Notes under the pieces: generated by a model
The model's input: the letters and a program-made list of their open reading frames with translations, nothing else
Database searches by the model: none
What the model was told of the DNA's origin: nothing
NCBI RefSeq assembly: GCF_009914755.1
Contig: NC_060944.1
Reading direction: 5' to 3' (one strand)
Source: the human T2T-CHM13v2.0 reference genome, Homo sapiens
DNA: 64,000 nucleotides
Translations under genes and position numbers: made by a program
Shown: positions 44,071 through 57,963 of the stretch, piece after piece
Layout of the letters: each line of letters starts with the position of its first letter
How positions within the stretch are numbered: position 1 is the first letter of the stretch

Positions 44071-44294
44071 CGCCTTTGGATCTCGAATGAGAATATGCTG
44101 TTTGGGTTTGCAGCAGCTGTCTTGCTATCTGAGGAGAAAGTAAAAATGTCCACAGAGGAGCTGACTCAGGGCCCTGACATCTGCGAGCAGCTGAATGAAT
44201 GGACCCCAGAACAAGCTGCCTCCAGACTTGCTGTCGGAAAGAAAACTCAACATCATTTTAGTGGGATATTCCGTCACTTGCCACCAGATAGATC

Positions 44295-44989
44295 TGTTGC
44301 TGTATAGCAAACAATCCTAAAATTGTCACTTAAAAGAAAAATAAGCGTTTATTTTACTCATGAATCTGGTGGTTGAATGGCTTAGCTGGGTGATACTTGC
44401 ATGGGTTTCTCATGTGGTTGCAATTAGATGCTGGCTGCGCATAGAGTCATTTTGAAGGTGTTTTTACTCATATGCCTGGCACCTGGGCTGAGAAGGCTCA
44501 GCAGCTCAGGGTAGGAAGACCTGGGGGCAGGAAGACCTGGGGTTCCCCAGTCACCTCTCTCTGTCTCTATCCTACCCGTCATCTATCTATCTATCATATA
44601 TGTCTATCCTATCTGCCATATGTCTATCGTATCTATCCTATCACATATATCTATTCTATCTATCTACCTATCAATCACCTATCAGCTATCTGTCATCCAT
44701 GTATCCTATCTATCTATTATCCATCTATGTCTATCTATCTAGTGGCCTCAGGGAAATCAGGTGGGACCTCTTACATGGCAGCCAAAGGCCTCCAGAGAGA
44801 ATGTTTCCAAAGAAAAGACAAGGCGTTTTCTAACCCAGCCTTGGAAGTCACACAGTCTCACTTTCCCCAAATTCTATTCATCATGTAGTTACAAAGGTGG
44901 GCCCTTCCTTCAAAGGGAGGGGATATAGACTTCACCTCTTGATAGGAGGAGTTTCAAATAATTTTCGGATGAGTTTTTAAGCCACCACA
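44295..44989 (-). mobile_element. MLT1G/H-like LTR containing a degenerate (TCTA)n
   Basis: 'gccttggaagtcacacag', 'atagacttcacctcttgat', terminal 'ccaccaca'. Confidence 0.75.
44565..44742. repeat. Degenerate (TCTA)n tetranucleotide tract
   Basis: Seen directly. Confidence 0.85.
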
Positions 44990-45364
44990 AGCAACCTAAC
45001 TGGTACTTTTGGGTCCTACTGTTTATTCCTCCACGTGATGACTTCCCACATTATCCTTACCGGGAGAGCTAGTCTCCTCTTCAGAACCCTTATAAACTTT
45101 CCATCCCAGAGAAACTTTTCTAGGGCCCAAGATGGTACCCAACTCTGGGGTGACTCCTTCCCGTTAACAGGATAAGGCTTCTGAGACAGTGACCTGAAGG
45201 AATAAGCTGTCCCTTATAAGGCCAAGATGATTCATTGAAAAGGGAGAGTATTTTAATAACTAATGGTTTATACTTGGTGCCACTGCATAGTAGAATTTGT
45301 GTTTCTCTTAACCTTTCTTGCTAGCTGGGAAGCTAAGAGTATATTGGATACCAGTTGTAACTCT

Positions 45365-45780
45365 GTTGTGATTTGGGTCCCCCCACCCAACACAAAGCAG
45401 ACTCTAAATTGAGGAATTGGGCGCAAGTGGTTTATTCGTCAAATGCTTCCAGAAAGCACTATGAGGGAACAGGGAGGGGAGGCAGGGAAGGGCGAAAAGC
45501 TAACATAAACTGTGTTAATGAACAGGTTATCACAGGGCAACCTGGGACTGGGTAGAGCCATGCCTGGCTGCCCCACTGTGGTCAAGGAAGCTTGGGTCCT
45601 TGTCCACCATCTCCTGTCCTTCACTGGTTGGGGGTCACTCCTGGGAGCACTTAATAGCACTTCTGGGCTGCCCCACCTAGAGAGTCACAGAAAGCCATCA
45701 GCATGTACAGGACTATCTACTGGAGACCTCCAGGGCAAGCCAAGGAGATATGGCAGGGCACTCACAGTATCTCAACCACC
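45365..45780 (-). mobile_element. LTR33-like ERVL LTR
   Basis: 'aagcagactct...gcaagtggtttatt...ggcagggaagggc...aggttatcacagggcaac'. Confidence 0.65.
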
Positions 45781-46261
45781 AGCTCCCAGTACAAATATCC
45801 CTCTCCCGTCTCTACCATGGCAGACTTTCCACCACCTCAAATTCTTTTTTAGAAGTAGGCAGAGTACCCATTATTTTTCAAAAACAAGATTCATTCATTA
45901 GGGTTTGTCACATATTACACTGGAGTGTATTTAAGAAGTGAACCTTGGATTTGTGTAATGGAGGAGCCGCGGTGCATCTCAGCTGATTATGATTCAAGCT
46001 GATCAAAAGAATGCAGGAGGGAAAAGTGCTCACCTCCAGTAGACCCCTGGTGCTCATTGACTCATTAACCAGAAACTGATGATTCAGATCTCCTGCTTCT
46101 CCTCCCACCCCTACGAGCTGCTCGCCTTTTTCCCTTTCACTGCTCATTAGCACCCATGGCAAAGGCGCAATGGTGGGATCAGAACCACGGAAGTTCTTTT
46201 TTTTCTATAGATTCAGGTCTGCCTGAATGAAGTTTAAACCAGTAACAGAGAATATAAGTTT

Positions 46262-46397
46262 TTCATGTTTTTATTGTGGTAAAATGTAAAACATAAACTT
46301 TACCATCTTAACTTTTTTGAGTGTACAGTTCAGTGGTATTCAGTGCCGTCACATTGTTGTGCAATCATCACCACCATCACCTCCAGAACTTTTTCAA
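46262..46397 (-). mobile_element. L1MB 3' terminus
   Basis: 'tttattgtggtaaaat...gtgtacagttcagtgg...ccagaactttttca'. Confidence 0.8.
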
Positions 46398-46544
46398 CAG
46401 ATTGGAGAATTTGGGTTGTCTCTGAAGTTTGTTTTTTCATCATGTCTCTGTCCTGCATTTATCTAGAAATTCAAGGGTTGGCCAGATTAAGTAAAATGTC
46501 ACTTCTGGAGAGCTAATAAAAAAGGTTTTTTTATAAAAATTATT

Positions 46545-46886
46545 TATTTTTATATATTTAGGGCATAGAAGTGCAGATTTCTTACATGCATATATTGCCT
46601 AGTGGAAAAGTCTGGGCTTCTAGTGAACCCATTGCCCAAATAGTGAGCTTTGTATCACACAGGTAGTTTTTCAACCCTCACCCCTTCAACCCTTCCCCCA
46701 TCATCTATTATGTCACTCTGTATGCCCAAGTGTAGACATTGTTTAGCTCCTGCTTATAAGTGAGAATTTGCAGTATTAGACTTTCCGTTTCTGAGTTATT
46801 TCACTGAGGGTAATGGCTTCCAGTTTTATCCTTGTGGCTGCAAAACACACAATTTCATTCTTTTTATGGCTGAGTAGTATTCCATG
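46545..46886 (-). mobile_element. L1PB4-like 3' end
   Basis: 'gtgcagatttcttacatgcatatattgc...ttataagtgagaa...tatggctgagtagtattccatg'. Confidence 0.85.
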
Positions 46887-47116
46887 CTCTCTTTCTCTCT
46901 AGATATAGATATAGATAAAGATATATAGCTTTTTAATATCTGATATCAAAGGTACTAAAAATAATGGACACTTTTGGTATATATGTATGTGTTTGTGTGT
47001 GTGTGTATATATATATATATTTACCAAAATTTAAGAGTTGGCTGGATTTAGTAAAATATCACTTCTGGAGAGCTAATAAAAAAGTTCCTTTTTATAAAAA
47101 TTATTTATTTTTATAT

Positions 47117-47550
47117 TATATGTAAAGTTTATAATATATAATTTATATATTTAATATATATTAATTCTTTATTATATACTATATATTATATATTTATTTA
47201 ATTTATATATTATAATATATAATATACATATATAATATATTATAATTATATATTATATATATTTTATAATATATTTATAATTAAGTATATATATTATATA
47301 TTACATATATAATATATATTATAATTACATATATATTATATATTATATGTATATTATATATTATACATATATTATATGTATAATATAAGAAATATATGTG
47401 TAATATATATTATGCATATATTATATAATACATATTTATAATTATAAGTATATAATTAATATAAATTATAAATTTATAATATATTTTATATAGTTATATA
47501 ACATAGTTATATAATATATATATAACTTATATTATGTATAAAATATATAC
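47117..47550. repeat. TA-rich low-complexity expansion
   Basis: About 430 bp almost entirely A/T, built of (TA)n and TATAA-type units. Confidence 0.95.
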
Positions 47551-47626
47551 CAAAATGTGGGTATGTATACACCAAAAATGTTCATTATTTTTAGTACCTT
47601 TGAAATCAGATATTAAAAAACAAAGA

Positions 47627-48105
47627 TGTATCATTTAGCTATTGCTGTAATAAACCATTGCTATAATGGTTTAAAACAATGATCATTTATTTAGTCACTA
47701 TCCTAAGGAAGGGCAATTTGGGCTGGGCTCATTTGGGCAATTCTGCCTATTTGGACCAGACACAGTTGACCTTGGCTGGGCATGCTCTGCTGTCAGTTGC
47801 CAGGGTGGCTGGAGACTGCCTGGTGTAGGGTGGCTCAGCTGGGATGGCTTGTCTCTGCTCCATGGGGGTTCTCATCCTCCAGCAAGCTTATCGATATGGT
47901 GGCTGAGCAGGACCTCAAAAGCAGCAAGAGGGCCAATGCTCAAGAGCTTTTCATGTCTCTGCTCACATCACATTTGCTACTGTCCTTTTGACCAAAGCAA
48001 GTTACATGATCTAGCCTAGAGTCTATGTAAGAGGGAACTACCAAAAGGCATGTATATAGAGAGGAATGAACAAACTTGGACCATATCTGTAATGAATCCA
48101 CCATA
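47627..48105 (-). mobile_element. MLT1 (F/G-like) LTR
   Basis: 'tagctattgctgtaataaacc...ggtttaaaacaa...gggctgggctca...ctcatcctccagcaag'. Confidence 0.75.
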
Positions 48106-48460
48106 GATATTATCCTTTCTGAGGCTATAATTCTATATGAAGATAACAGTTCTTCTGAGATTGCTTAACATCCTAGGCCCTCTGTGATGCCCAAACATTC
48201 TCAAGAGTTGAATGTTACATTGTGTAACTCACATAATTGGGCCTCAGTTATGACCCTAGCAGCATTTGGCCATCTTTATAATCCACAAAACCACAGAATC
48301 TAAATCATTTTTTTTTCCTCTGACTCAGCCAGGTGGAAATCTAATTGGCCACTGTGGTTTGTGTTACCTCTTCTGATGGTCATCTTGTATCATGTCTTCT
48401 GCTCCTGAGAAATTTGAGAGGGGTTGGAAGAGGTTTGTGCCACTGAAGAGGGAAAACTAA

Positions 48461-48913
<453 letters not shown>

Positions 48914-49249
48914 TAAAGTGTTCTGAAATAAAAGAGTAAATATACTCTGTTTCTTACATCAGAATTTGAGGAAATGAAAAATATGACTATTTTTATTATT
49001 TGGATCAATAAATCTGCAATAAATTGAGAAACCCATAACAACAGATTAAAGGTGTCAAATACATCTATTTTTTATTATTATTAGTTTTATTTCATAGAAA
49101 TAATACTATCTCCTAGCAGTAAATTCCCTGTTCTTCTTACCCCAGAGCTCTAGTCTCCAGTCACCTGCCCAATATGCACCCCCATTACTAGTTTCTTATA
49201 TCCTGTATGCTTATACACACAAACATATGTACATGTGTGTTACACGTAA

Positions 49250-49599
49250 ATGGACACTCCCCAATTAATGATTTTTTGACTTCACAATGGTATGAAAGCA
49301 ATACATGTTCAGTGGAAGCCATACTTGGAGTACCCATACAACTATTCTGTTCTTCACTTTCAGTACAGTATTCAATAAGTTACATGAGATATTCAACACT
49401 TTATTATAAAATAGGCTTTGTGTTAGAAGATTTTGCCCAACTGTAGGCTAATGTAAGTGTTCTGAGCACATTTAAGGTAGTCTAGCTAGGTTAGACTACG
49501 ATATTTGCTAGATTCGGTGTATCAAGTGCATTTGCAACTTATGGTATTTTCAATTAATCATGGGTTTTTGGGACATCATCTCAAGTTGAGGAGCATCTG
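49250..49599 (-). mobile_element. MER47A (TcMar-Tigger)
   Basis: 'ttttgcccaactgtaggctaatgtaagtgttctgagcac...aagttgaggagcatctg'. Confidence 0.88.
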
Positions 49600-49602
49600 T
49601 GT

Positions 49603-49684
49603 AGTAGATTAAACCATATGAAATTGCCGCTGTGGAAACATGTTTGATCTATAAAAGTAGCAATGTCATATCAATCAATCTAAT
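49603..49684. mobile_element. MADE2 (mariner MITE)
   Basis: About 80 bp with inverted termini 'tagattaaaccatatgaaattgc...gcaatgtcatatcaatcaatcta'. Confidence 0.75.
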
Positions 49685-49734
49685 ATTTTTAAATAAATAA
49701 GAGTCTAACCAATAAACTGGTCTGCATCTTGGGG

Positions 49735-50034
49735 TTTTTTTGTTTGTTTTTGGAGACAAGGTCTCACTCCATCTCTCAGGATAGAATGCAGTGGCGCCAT
49801 CATAGCTCACTGCAGGCTTCAACTCCTGGGGTCGAGTGATCCTCTGGCCTTAAGCCTCCCAAGTAGCTGGGACTACAGGTATTCACCACCATGCCCAGCT
49901 AATTTTTAAATTTTTTATAGAGATGGGGTCTCACTGTGTTTCCCAGGCTGGTCTTGAACTCCTGGCCTCAAGCGATCCTCCCAACTCAGCCTCCCAAGTG
50001 CTGGAATTACAGGTATGATCACAGTGCCCAGCCA
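49735..50034 (-). mobile_element. AluJ
   Basis: Antisense J-type Alu. Confidence 0.9.
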
Positions 50035-50554
50035 GGATTTTTTACTTACCGATATATCTTGGAGATCATTCTACATGAGCACATAGAGCTTGATATTATT
50101 CTTATCTATGATTGCCTAGGTAGGGCTGCAGTTTATTTAACCATTCCCTCTTGGATGTACACTTATGCTTCTTTCCAGTTTTCATTATTACAAATATAAT
50201 AATGAAATGAAAATATAATAATGAATGTCCCACTGAGCATTTGAACCTGGGCATCTGCAGACAGGCGGCCGGGCATATGCCAGACCAGTCCACTGTCTTC
50301 CTGCCTCATGGTCCTCTGGCTCCCCAAATGGTTCAAGCCATGAAGGAACCCCGTAGCCATTGGCTTATGTGTTACAAGACTGGTGGACTGATATTTATAA
50401 GGGACGCTGGCAACACCAACCAAAGTCTTTGCTCTTCCCGCTGCCCTCTTAAATTGGTTTGACGATAAAATCAGAAGGATTTGGACATCCCGCAAACTTT
50501 CCCTCTGTGGGCAGAAGTCTCTCCTGTCTGGAGGCCCTTCAGTGAGAAGAGATA

Positions 50555-50725
50555 CTAGTTTTTCAGACAGTCCTGGTTTCAGTTTTTGACTCTGCCATTC
50601 AGTAGCTGTGTGACCTTGGGCAACTTACTCACCCTCTCTGAATTTCACTTTCCTCCGCTATAAAATAGTGTAAGATTCTGAAGTGAAACGATGCACCTGC
50701 CACATAGTAGGCCATCAAGAAAAAA
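50555..50725 (+). mobile_element. MIR
   Basis: 'tagctgtgtgaccttgggcaacttactcaccctctctg'. Confidence 0.82.
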
Positions 50726-51041
50726 ATGACCATTTGCTCCTTAAACGAACCTCGTTTCCATCATCAAAACACTTAGTGCTTTCCTGGGAGAGCCAGGCCC
50801 ATGTTGTGTCTAAGGAACTGTTAAAAAGACAGTCTTCTACAAGCCCTCCCTGCTCTCTGGCTCGCTACAGGCAGCATTTGTTTTCTGATCTCAGCAATAG
50901 CAACGGATTGTGATTCCTCCCATCTGAATTCTGGCCCCATCCTTGGCACAGAGAGATTGGCCTGAAGGTTTTATTCATAAATAATTAAAAGCCAGAAGGC
51001 AAGACAACAACATATTATTCCCGTGACCCTTGTGTTAATAG

Positions 51042-51432
<391 letters not shown>

Positions 51433-51518
51433 TAAGTTATCCACCACCTCAGCCATCCCAGCTGTAGCATATTGCAATAAGGAGGAATTAGCGGGTCAGG
51501 GATGGAAAGGGAATCAAC

Positions 51519-52457
51519 TGTCCCTAAAAGGAAAAACTGTTTTCTCTACTGATACAACACTTCTGAGAGCAAATTTGTGGGTTTTCTACACCAAGCAGTG
51601 TGCCAATTCTCTGCAGACACTAACTGGGTGTCCCACAATTTAATTCTGACACTAATGACCCAGAGTCAGCACAAACCCCACAGTGAAGAGCTCAGTTCCA
51701 CCAAACTGCCCCCCACTTCAGATGCCAACTCCAAGTAATTGATACCCAGGTTACCCACAGTTCTGTCCATCTTAGCTACAAGTTGAAGGTTCCCATGACT
51801 CCTTCCTCAGGTTCGATGACTTGCTGTAATGGCTCAAAGAACTTAGGAAAACACTTTATTTATATTTACTGGTTTATCATAAAGGATATAAATGAACAAC
51901 CAGATGAAGAGATCTATAAGGCAAAGTATAGGGAAGGGGCTCAGGGCTTCCATGCCCTCTCCAGGTGCATCACCCTCCTGGGACCAACCCAGGAGCTCTC
52001 CAAACCCCAGTGTTCATGTTTCTTATGAAGGCATCATTACACATGCATGTTTGATTAAATTGTTGACTATTGGTTATTAAACTCAATCTCTAGCCCTTCT
52101 CCCTTCCATGGAGGTTGAAGGATAGGACTGAAAGTTCCAACCCTCTAATCACATGATGGGTTCCTCTGACAACGACTCCCATCCTGAAGCCATCTAGGGC
52201 CCCACCAAGAGTCACCCCATTAGCATAAACTCAGATATGGCTGAAAGGGGCTTGTTATGAAAAGGACTCTTCTCTCACCCCACTCATTCAGAAAATTCCA
52301 AGGATTTTAGAAGCTCTGTTTTCAGGCACAAAAAAACAAATATTATAACAAAAGTTGCTCCTATCACCCCAGTCACTCAGGAAGTTACAAAAGTTTCCGA
52401 AGCTCTGTGCCAGGAACCAGTGGGGAGAGACCTAATATATGTTTCTTATTATGCCAT
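51519..52457 (-). mobile_element. MER21B/C-type LTR
   Basis: 'ctgccccccacttcagatgcc', 'ccagatgaagagat', 'ctgaaagttccaaccctctaatcac', terminal 'tatgtttcttattat'. Confidence 0.82.
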
Positions 52458-52904
52458 AGGCCCTGACACTATGCTTTTATTTATTGATTTTAGAATAATG
52501 TTTTTATCTTGACTTTTTAAATACATGCTCATTATGAAATATTCAAGTGATGCCTAAAAGTACAAAGAAAAAGAGCAAAACCTTTCTGACTAGAAATCAT
52601 GATTTTCAGCATTTGGTGAGCACCATCCCGGACCTCTGTGTTTGACTCACACAACTCAAATGAGCAAAATATAGATAGGAAGTCAACTAGGGGGAAAAGA
52701 TCATGTTAAATATCCTATTCATTTACTTGCTCATTTTTTGTTTTCCAGACCTCCCACCCCAAACTCTACACTGGAAAAGTCCATGAGGGCAGGAACTTTA
52801 GTTATCTTGTTCATCATGGAACCCTCTGAGCCTAGTGCAGTGCCTGGCATTTAGTAGGCTCTCAAAAAATATTTGTTAAATGTTGAAATGTTTCTACTTA
52901 GAAG

Positions 52905-53050
52905 GGAACATTTGTGCACACCTGTGGTTCCAGCTACTCAGGAGGCTGAGGCAGGAGGATTGTTTGAGTCCAGGAGTTCAAGGTTGCAGTGAGCTATGAT
53001 CCCGCCATTATGCTCCAGCCTGGACAACACAGCAAGATGCTGTCTCTAAA
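52905..53050 (+). mobile_element. FRAM/AluJ right monomer
   Basis: 'cagctactcaggaggctgaggcaggaggattg...ccaggagttcaaggttgcagtgagctatgat'. Confidence 0.85.
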
Positions 53051-55197
53051 ACATATTTCTTTATTTGAAATTTTTTTTTTACAAAATATTTCTTCCTAGA
53101 TGTTCTTATGATTCTTTCTTTAACCTTGGAGTTCAATGGCTTCCCCAAGATATATCTCAGTGTTGATCATCGTATATAATCTTTTCCTGGGGCACTTTGT
53201 TTTATCAATGTTTCCTTATTTTAGTAAAGTTCGCATATATTAGATCTTTGAGTAGTTCATTCCATTTTCCTGTTCTCTTTTTCAGAAACAGTAATCATGG
53301 ATATGAGGGTCTCCTTTGTCTTCCATATCTATCATCTTCTTTGCAATTGTTGTTTATGTTGACTTTACCATTTCGTTTTGTGCAATAACCTCAAGGCTGA
53401 CTTTATCTTCAGGTATATTCCCCCATATCCCTTAATTTCCTTATCACAAGGACGCATCCTATCGCAGGTCTTGTGTCCCGGACTACTGTTGCTAATAGCA
53501 AAGCTCTTCGGGGTACACGCCTTCAGGGCTGTGAGCAGGCTCTGATTGTCCTTCCCCACCCCTCCCCTCGCTTCCTCTCTGGAAGTTTTCCTTGACTAGG
53601 AGACCAGGTCACAAGCAATAGAAACAGACCCACATGGCCACTGCTTTTTTAGCCACCCCTTCATCCCTGACCTCGCTATAAGCAGTGGACAAAGGACATT
53701 CTCATCTCTCCCCTGGCCCGCCCATGAAACTGGATCTTGACCCTTTAAGAATCCTTGGATATGTTTTTCTTGATGTGGAGAAATGCTTTTGGAGAGGTAC
53801 TTACACTACTCAGGTTTGTGGCAGCATGTGTGCTCTTGGCCTCGATTTCCTTATGTTTGCCAGGAATGTGGCGGTTTGTGGTGTGATGCTGTGGCAGTTT
53901 CTACTTCATTGATGATGGATTATGTTCCCTCTATCTTTTGTCCTTTTGCTGATGTAGGCGGAGTATGAAAGAGGAGCAGAGCAAAGATGCTACAATGCTA
54001 CTGTTGGTAGGTATAAAGACTTGGCCCAGATGAAAGAGATTTTTGCATTGGGGATTACAGGTCTGGAACCAGCGGAATGCCTACGATGCTCTCACTTCTC
54101 AAGTTTGCCCTCCCAGCCATGTCCATGGTGAAGAACACTGCTTAATGCATACACCACATGCCTCCCTAATGACATTTCCCACTGTCATGCTGCATCTTAC
54201 CTCTGTTGTAATAAGAGTTATTTGACCCCCATGGCATAGGCCAAGTACCCATGAGCTTTTATGCTTCTTGAGAGTCATAGGTGTCCTGGTGATTCGCAGC
54301 CATGGGCAGGTGCCCCTAAAAGAATAAGTAGCATTCATTTCTCAAGATATAGCAGCTTCCAGTCTTCCTGTCACAGGAAAGGAGAAATTGGCTTGGTGAG
54401 GGAATATCCATACAGTAGTCCCCAACTATCCAGTTGGCTGCCTTGAAATACTGCTGTGGGAGAGGCTGGAGAAAAGGTGAAGGAGTAGCTGATGCCCCCA
54501 GGTTGATAGAAGACAGCTCTTTTTTCCTCCCCCACCCACAAACTTCCCTCTTGCTGTGAAGTCAGAGGCAGAAGCTATTCCAGGGACAAGCTGCACATCC
54601 AAAGCATTCCGAGTTTGCTTCCTTACGCACCCTGATTCCAATTCCTGCCCCTGCATGTTGTCTGCTTCCCATCACCTTTTCTTCAATGTGTAAAACCTTA
54701 GTAAAGTATTACCAGTTATTATCCATGGGCAATTCACTTGTCTATATTGCCTGTAGAATGTCATATCAACCTTGATCTTTCAGTTCATTATCAAGTTCTG
54801 ACAGATTGGTTTTAAAGAACCAATTCCATGGGCTGGAGTCAGGGCACTGCCAATTTCTGAATGGCTAAATTTCCTGTGACCCATCCGTTCAAACATCACC
54901 TGGGGATGCCCTTTTACAACAGAGGAGGTTGAGATAGCCACAGTTCAATGAATTAACAATGCTAGAGTTTGCACGCTTTCTGTGGTTTGTATTAGCTTTA
55001 AATATCTGGCAATGTCCAGTTCAATGGACATTGGCCACATGACAGTGATGTCCCTTATGCACACATTTGGAGCATCCTTTCTTCAAACTGTACTCATGTG
55101 AACAAATTACAAAGAATCTTGGTGGGAGTCCAAGACAGCGTGAATTATGCTATCTTGAGGCCCTTGCTTAAGCAAGGATATTGCTTTGTTTGCCTAA

Positions 55198-56110
55198 TGT
55201 GATCTTAAAACATGCCTGCAAATTTTTTGACACTCATCCCTTCGAAAAATGTGGAGTTTAATTCTCCTCCTATAAAATATGAACTGGCCTTTTGGACTCA
55301 CTTCTAATGAATAAAATGCAGCAGAAGTGTCTCTGAGTGACTTCTGAGCTAGGTCACAATGGGTTCAGCTTCCACCTGACAGGCCCCACTCTCAGAACTC
55401 AGCCACCATATTGTAAGGAAGCCCAGGCAAGTGGAGTGGTCACAGGCAGGTGTTCCAGCCAACAGCCCCAGCTGAGGTCCAGCCCACAGCCAGCATCAAC
55501 CATCCGAGGTGTGAGTAAGCAGTCTTTTCATGAATTAGCCCCCAGCCTCTGAGCTGCCGCAGTTAACACCACGTACAGCATGGATGAGCTACCTCTGCAG
55601 TACTAGTCAGCCAGGGCTGCCATAACAAAGAACCACAGATTGGGTGGCTTAAACAACAGAAATTTATTTTCTCACAGTTCAGGAGGCCAGAAATTGAAGA
55701 TCAAAGTATCTGCTGGAATTGGTCCTCTCTGGGGACTGGAAGGGAAGGATTGGCTCCAAGTGTCTCTCCTTGGCTTGAGATGGCTGTCTTCTCTCAGTGT
55801 GTCTTTATGTCACCCTCTGTCATTGCCTATGTCTGAATTTTCTCTTCTTATAAGGATGCCAGTAATATTGGACTAGGGCTCACCCTAATTAATGACCTTG
55901 TTTTCACTAACTCATCTCTGTCTCTAAACACAGATTCTGACACACTGCAGGTTAGGACTTCAGCATGAATTTATTCAAGGGACACAAGTCAGCTTGTAAC
56001 ACCTGCCAAGCCTCCACCCACATTGCAGACTCATGTGCAAAATAAATGTGCTGGTGTTTTGAGCCACTAAAATTTGAAGTGGTTTATTTACACAACAAAA
56101 ACACAACGAT
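55198..56110 (+). mobile_element. MLT1F/G-like LTR interrupted by MLT1B
   Basis: 'tgacttctgagctaggtcac', 'gccaccatattgtaaggaagccca', 'aataaatg...gagccactaaaattt'. Confidence 0.75.
55600..56001 (-). mobile_element. MLT1B solo LTR
   Basis: 'agggctgccataacaaag...ggtggcttaaacaacagaaatttatt...tcttataaggatgccag'. Confidence 0.85.
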
Positions 56111-56559
56111 ATGCCTAAGGTACTTGACTTAGAGACTCAGGTTCTGGTGACTATCTCAGAATTTATTCAGCAAACACCCTCTGACATCAGGACTATACCA
56201 TTTGGGGTGGTTCCCAAAGAACCCAGGCCAGGCCACATGCAAAACACTTGGGAGGGAGCTGCAGGACTGCATATTCAATGCTATCTGTGTTCTGTTTTAA
56301 TATTGCTCCTTGATTGCAAGAAATGGGATCCACTGAGGCTGTCTCCAGAAACTTTCTTTCAGGAAAAGTTATTCCTTAAAATAACTTTTTAGGGAAAAAG
56401 TTATCATAGGGATGTTCTGGAACAGAAGAGGGATGCAGTCAAGAACAAATCTAAGGCCAGAAATGGAATATGTCTATAGGAAATAGAGTTGCACCTCTCA
56501 GCAGTTGACTTTGGGACCTGTTCTGGATGCAGGGAGTTCTGCGGCTTTTAATATAGGGG

Positions 56560-56745
56560 AAACATAGTATTAAGAGCACCCTTTTGGAGCCAGACAGCCT
56601 GTCAAAGCCTGGCTCCACCAGGTACTAACAGTGTTGTTCTGGAAAAGTTATTTAATGTCTCCATGCTTCTGCTTCCTTATCTGTTAAAATGGACAATCCA
56701 GTACCTATTACATGAAGTTGTAATCTAGGATCATTTATATGATGG
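56560..56745 (+). mobile_element. MIR
   Basis: 'ttggagccagacagcctg...aagttatttaa...cttatctgttaaaatgg'. Confidence 0.7.
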
Positions 56746-57504
56746 GTTAACTATTTATGTATGTATTATACGACTTGCAAGGAATGAATTTCACTGCTGA
56801 CTCTTCTCTCTCCACCTGGCTTCCTTTAGTGACCCAGAGTTACTGCTCCCCCATTACTTCGGCTTGTACAGCAAATTCATTCATTGATTCAGCAAATGTT
56901 TACTTGGCACCTAATGTGTGTTAGGTGCTATTTTAAGCCCTGGGGTTGCAGCGTTGGGTCAATGAGATAAATCAATCAATTGGGCATTGTGTCAATCATT
57001 CAAATATGCTTGACCTCATCAACCTTGATTCTATAATGCTCTTCTCAGCTAAAGTTCTACTTTACTTTATGAACTTCTAGCAGATGCTCCCGCCATTCAG
57101 GGGCACATTTTCCCTGCTTCTTAGCTCAGATCCTTGGAAAAAGCCCTCTGGCCCAGCTTATCTTTTCAAATCAAGTCACAAAATATTTTTGACCCACTTT
57201 CTGATTGGTTTCCTAGGATCAGGTGGTCACTCATCCAACCAACTGTATTCTAGGATGGGAGATGGATCCAGGACCCAACCCACATGGACAGCAGGGCTGT
57301 GGGGCAATCACATGATGGGCAGCTTTGGTGGGAGGCCTTAGCGCAGTACTTTAAGGATGAGGGAGCCCACCATGGACTCCTGTGGGAGCTTGGAGTGCTC
57401 CAAAGAATCCTTTAGTCAATTTCATACCACACAGGCCCAAGGAGGGTACATGACTTCTGGAAGTCACACACAGCCTGTTAGTGACACGCTGGGTATGGAG
57501 CCAG

Positions 57505-57963
57505 GTGTGAGCATCTTGTATGAGCACCTTGTATGTGTGAGTTCAGCCTGCCTGGTGTGGCCGAGGCAGTCGGTGCCTCTTCCGTTTCCTCTGGACATTC
57601 ACTATTCTCGTGTGAGCCAGCAACTTCAGAGAGAGCTTTCTCTGGCTGAAGAGGTATACTTGGCCTCTCAACTAAAGACAAACAAAATCTGGGGGTACAT
57701 ACCCCAGCTTCCACACCCCTTGGGTAGGACAAGTCTGAGACGTGTCCCACATTACCTCCCAGAGGTCCCCAGCAGGACTGAGCCTCAGTTGCCCACACCT
57801 GTAAACTGCTCCTTATGCAAACATATTGATTTCTTCCCTTCCCTATCTCACTTGCACTCTCCTCCACCTGTACTTTCTGCAGTCACCTGTCAAATAAACC
57901 ACTCAACACCTTGCACTCAACACCTTTCTGAGGGTCTGCTTCTGGAGAAACACAGGCAAAGAT
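57505..57963 (+). mobile_element. LTR16-like ERVL LTR
   Basis: 'ccagaggtccccagcaggactgagcc...caaataaacc...gggtctgcttctgg'; explains the 227 aa ORF. Confidence 0.75.

Noticed and set aside
55007-55037. Hairpin caatgtcca-gttcaa-tggacattg
   Set aside because: A 9-12 bp stem is too short for a pre-miRNA and is expected by chance
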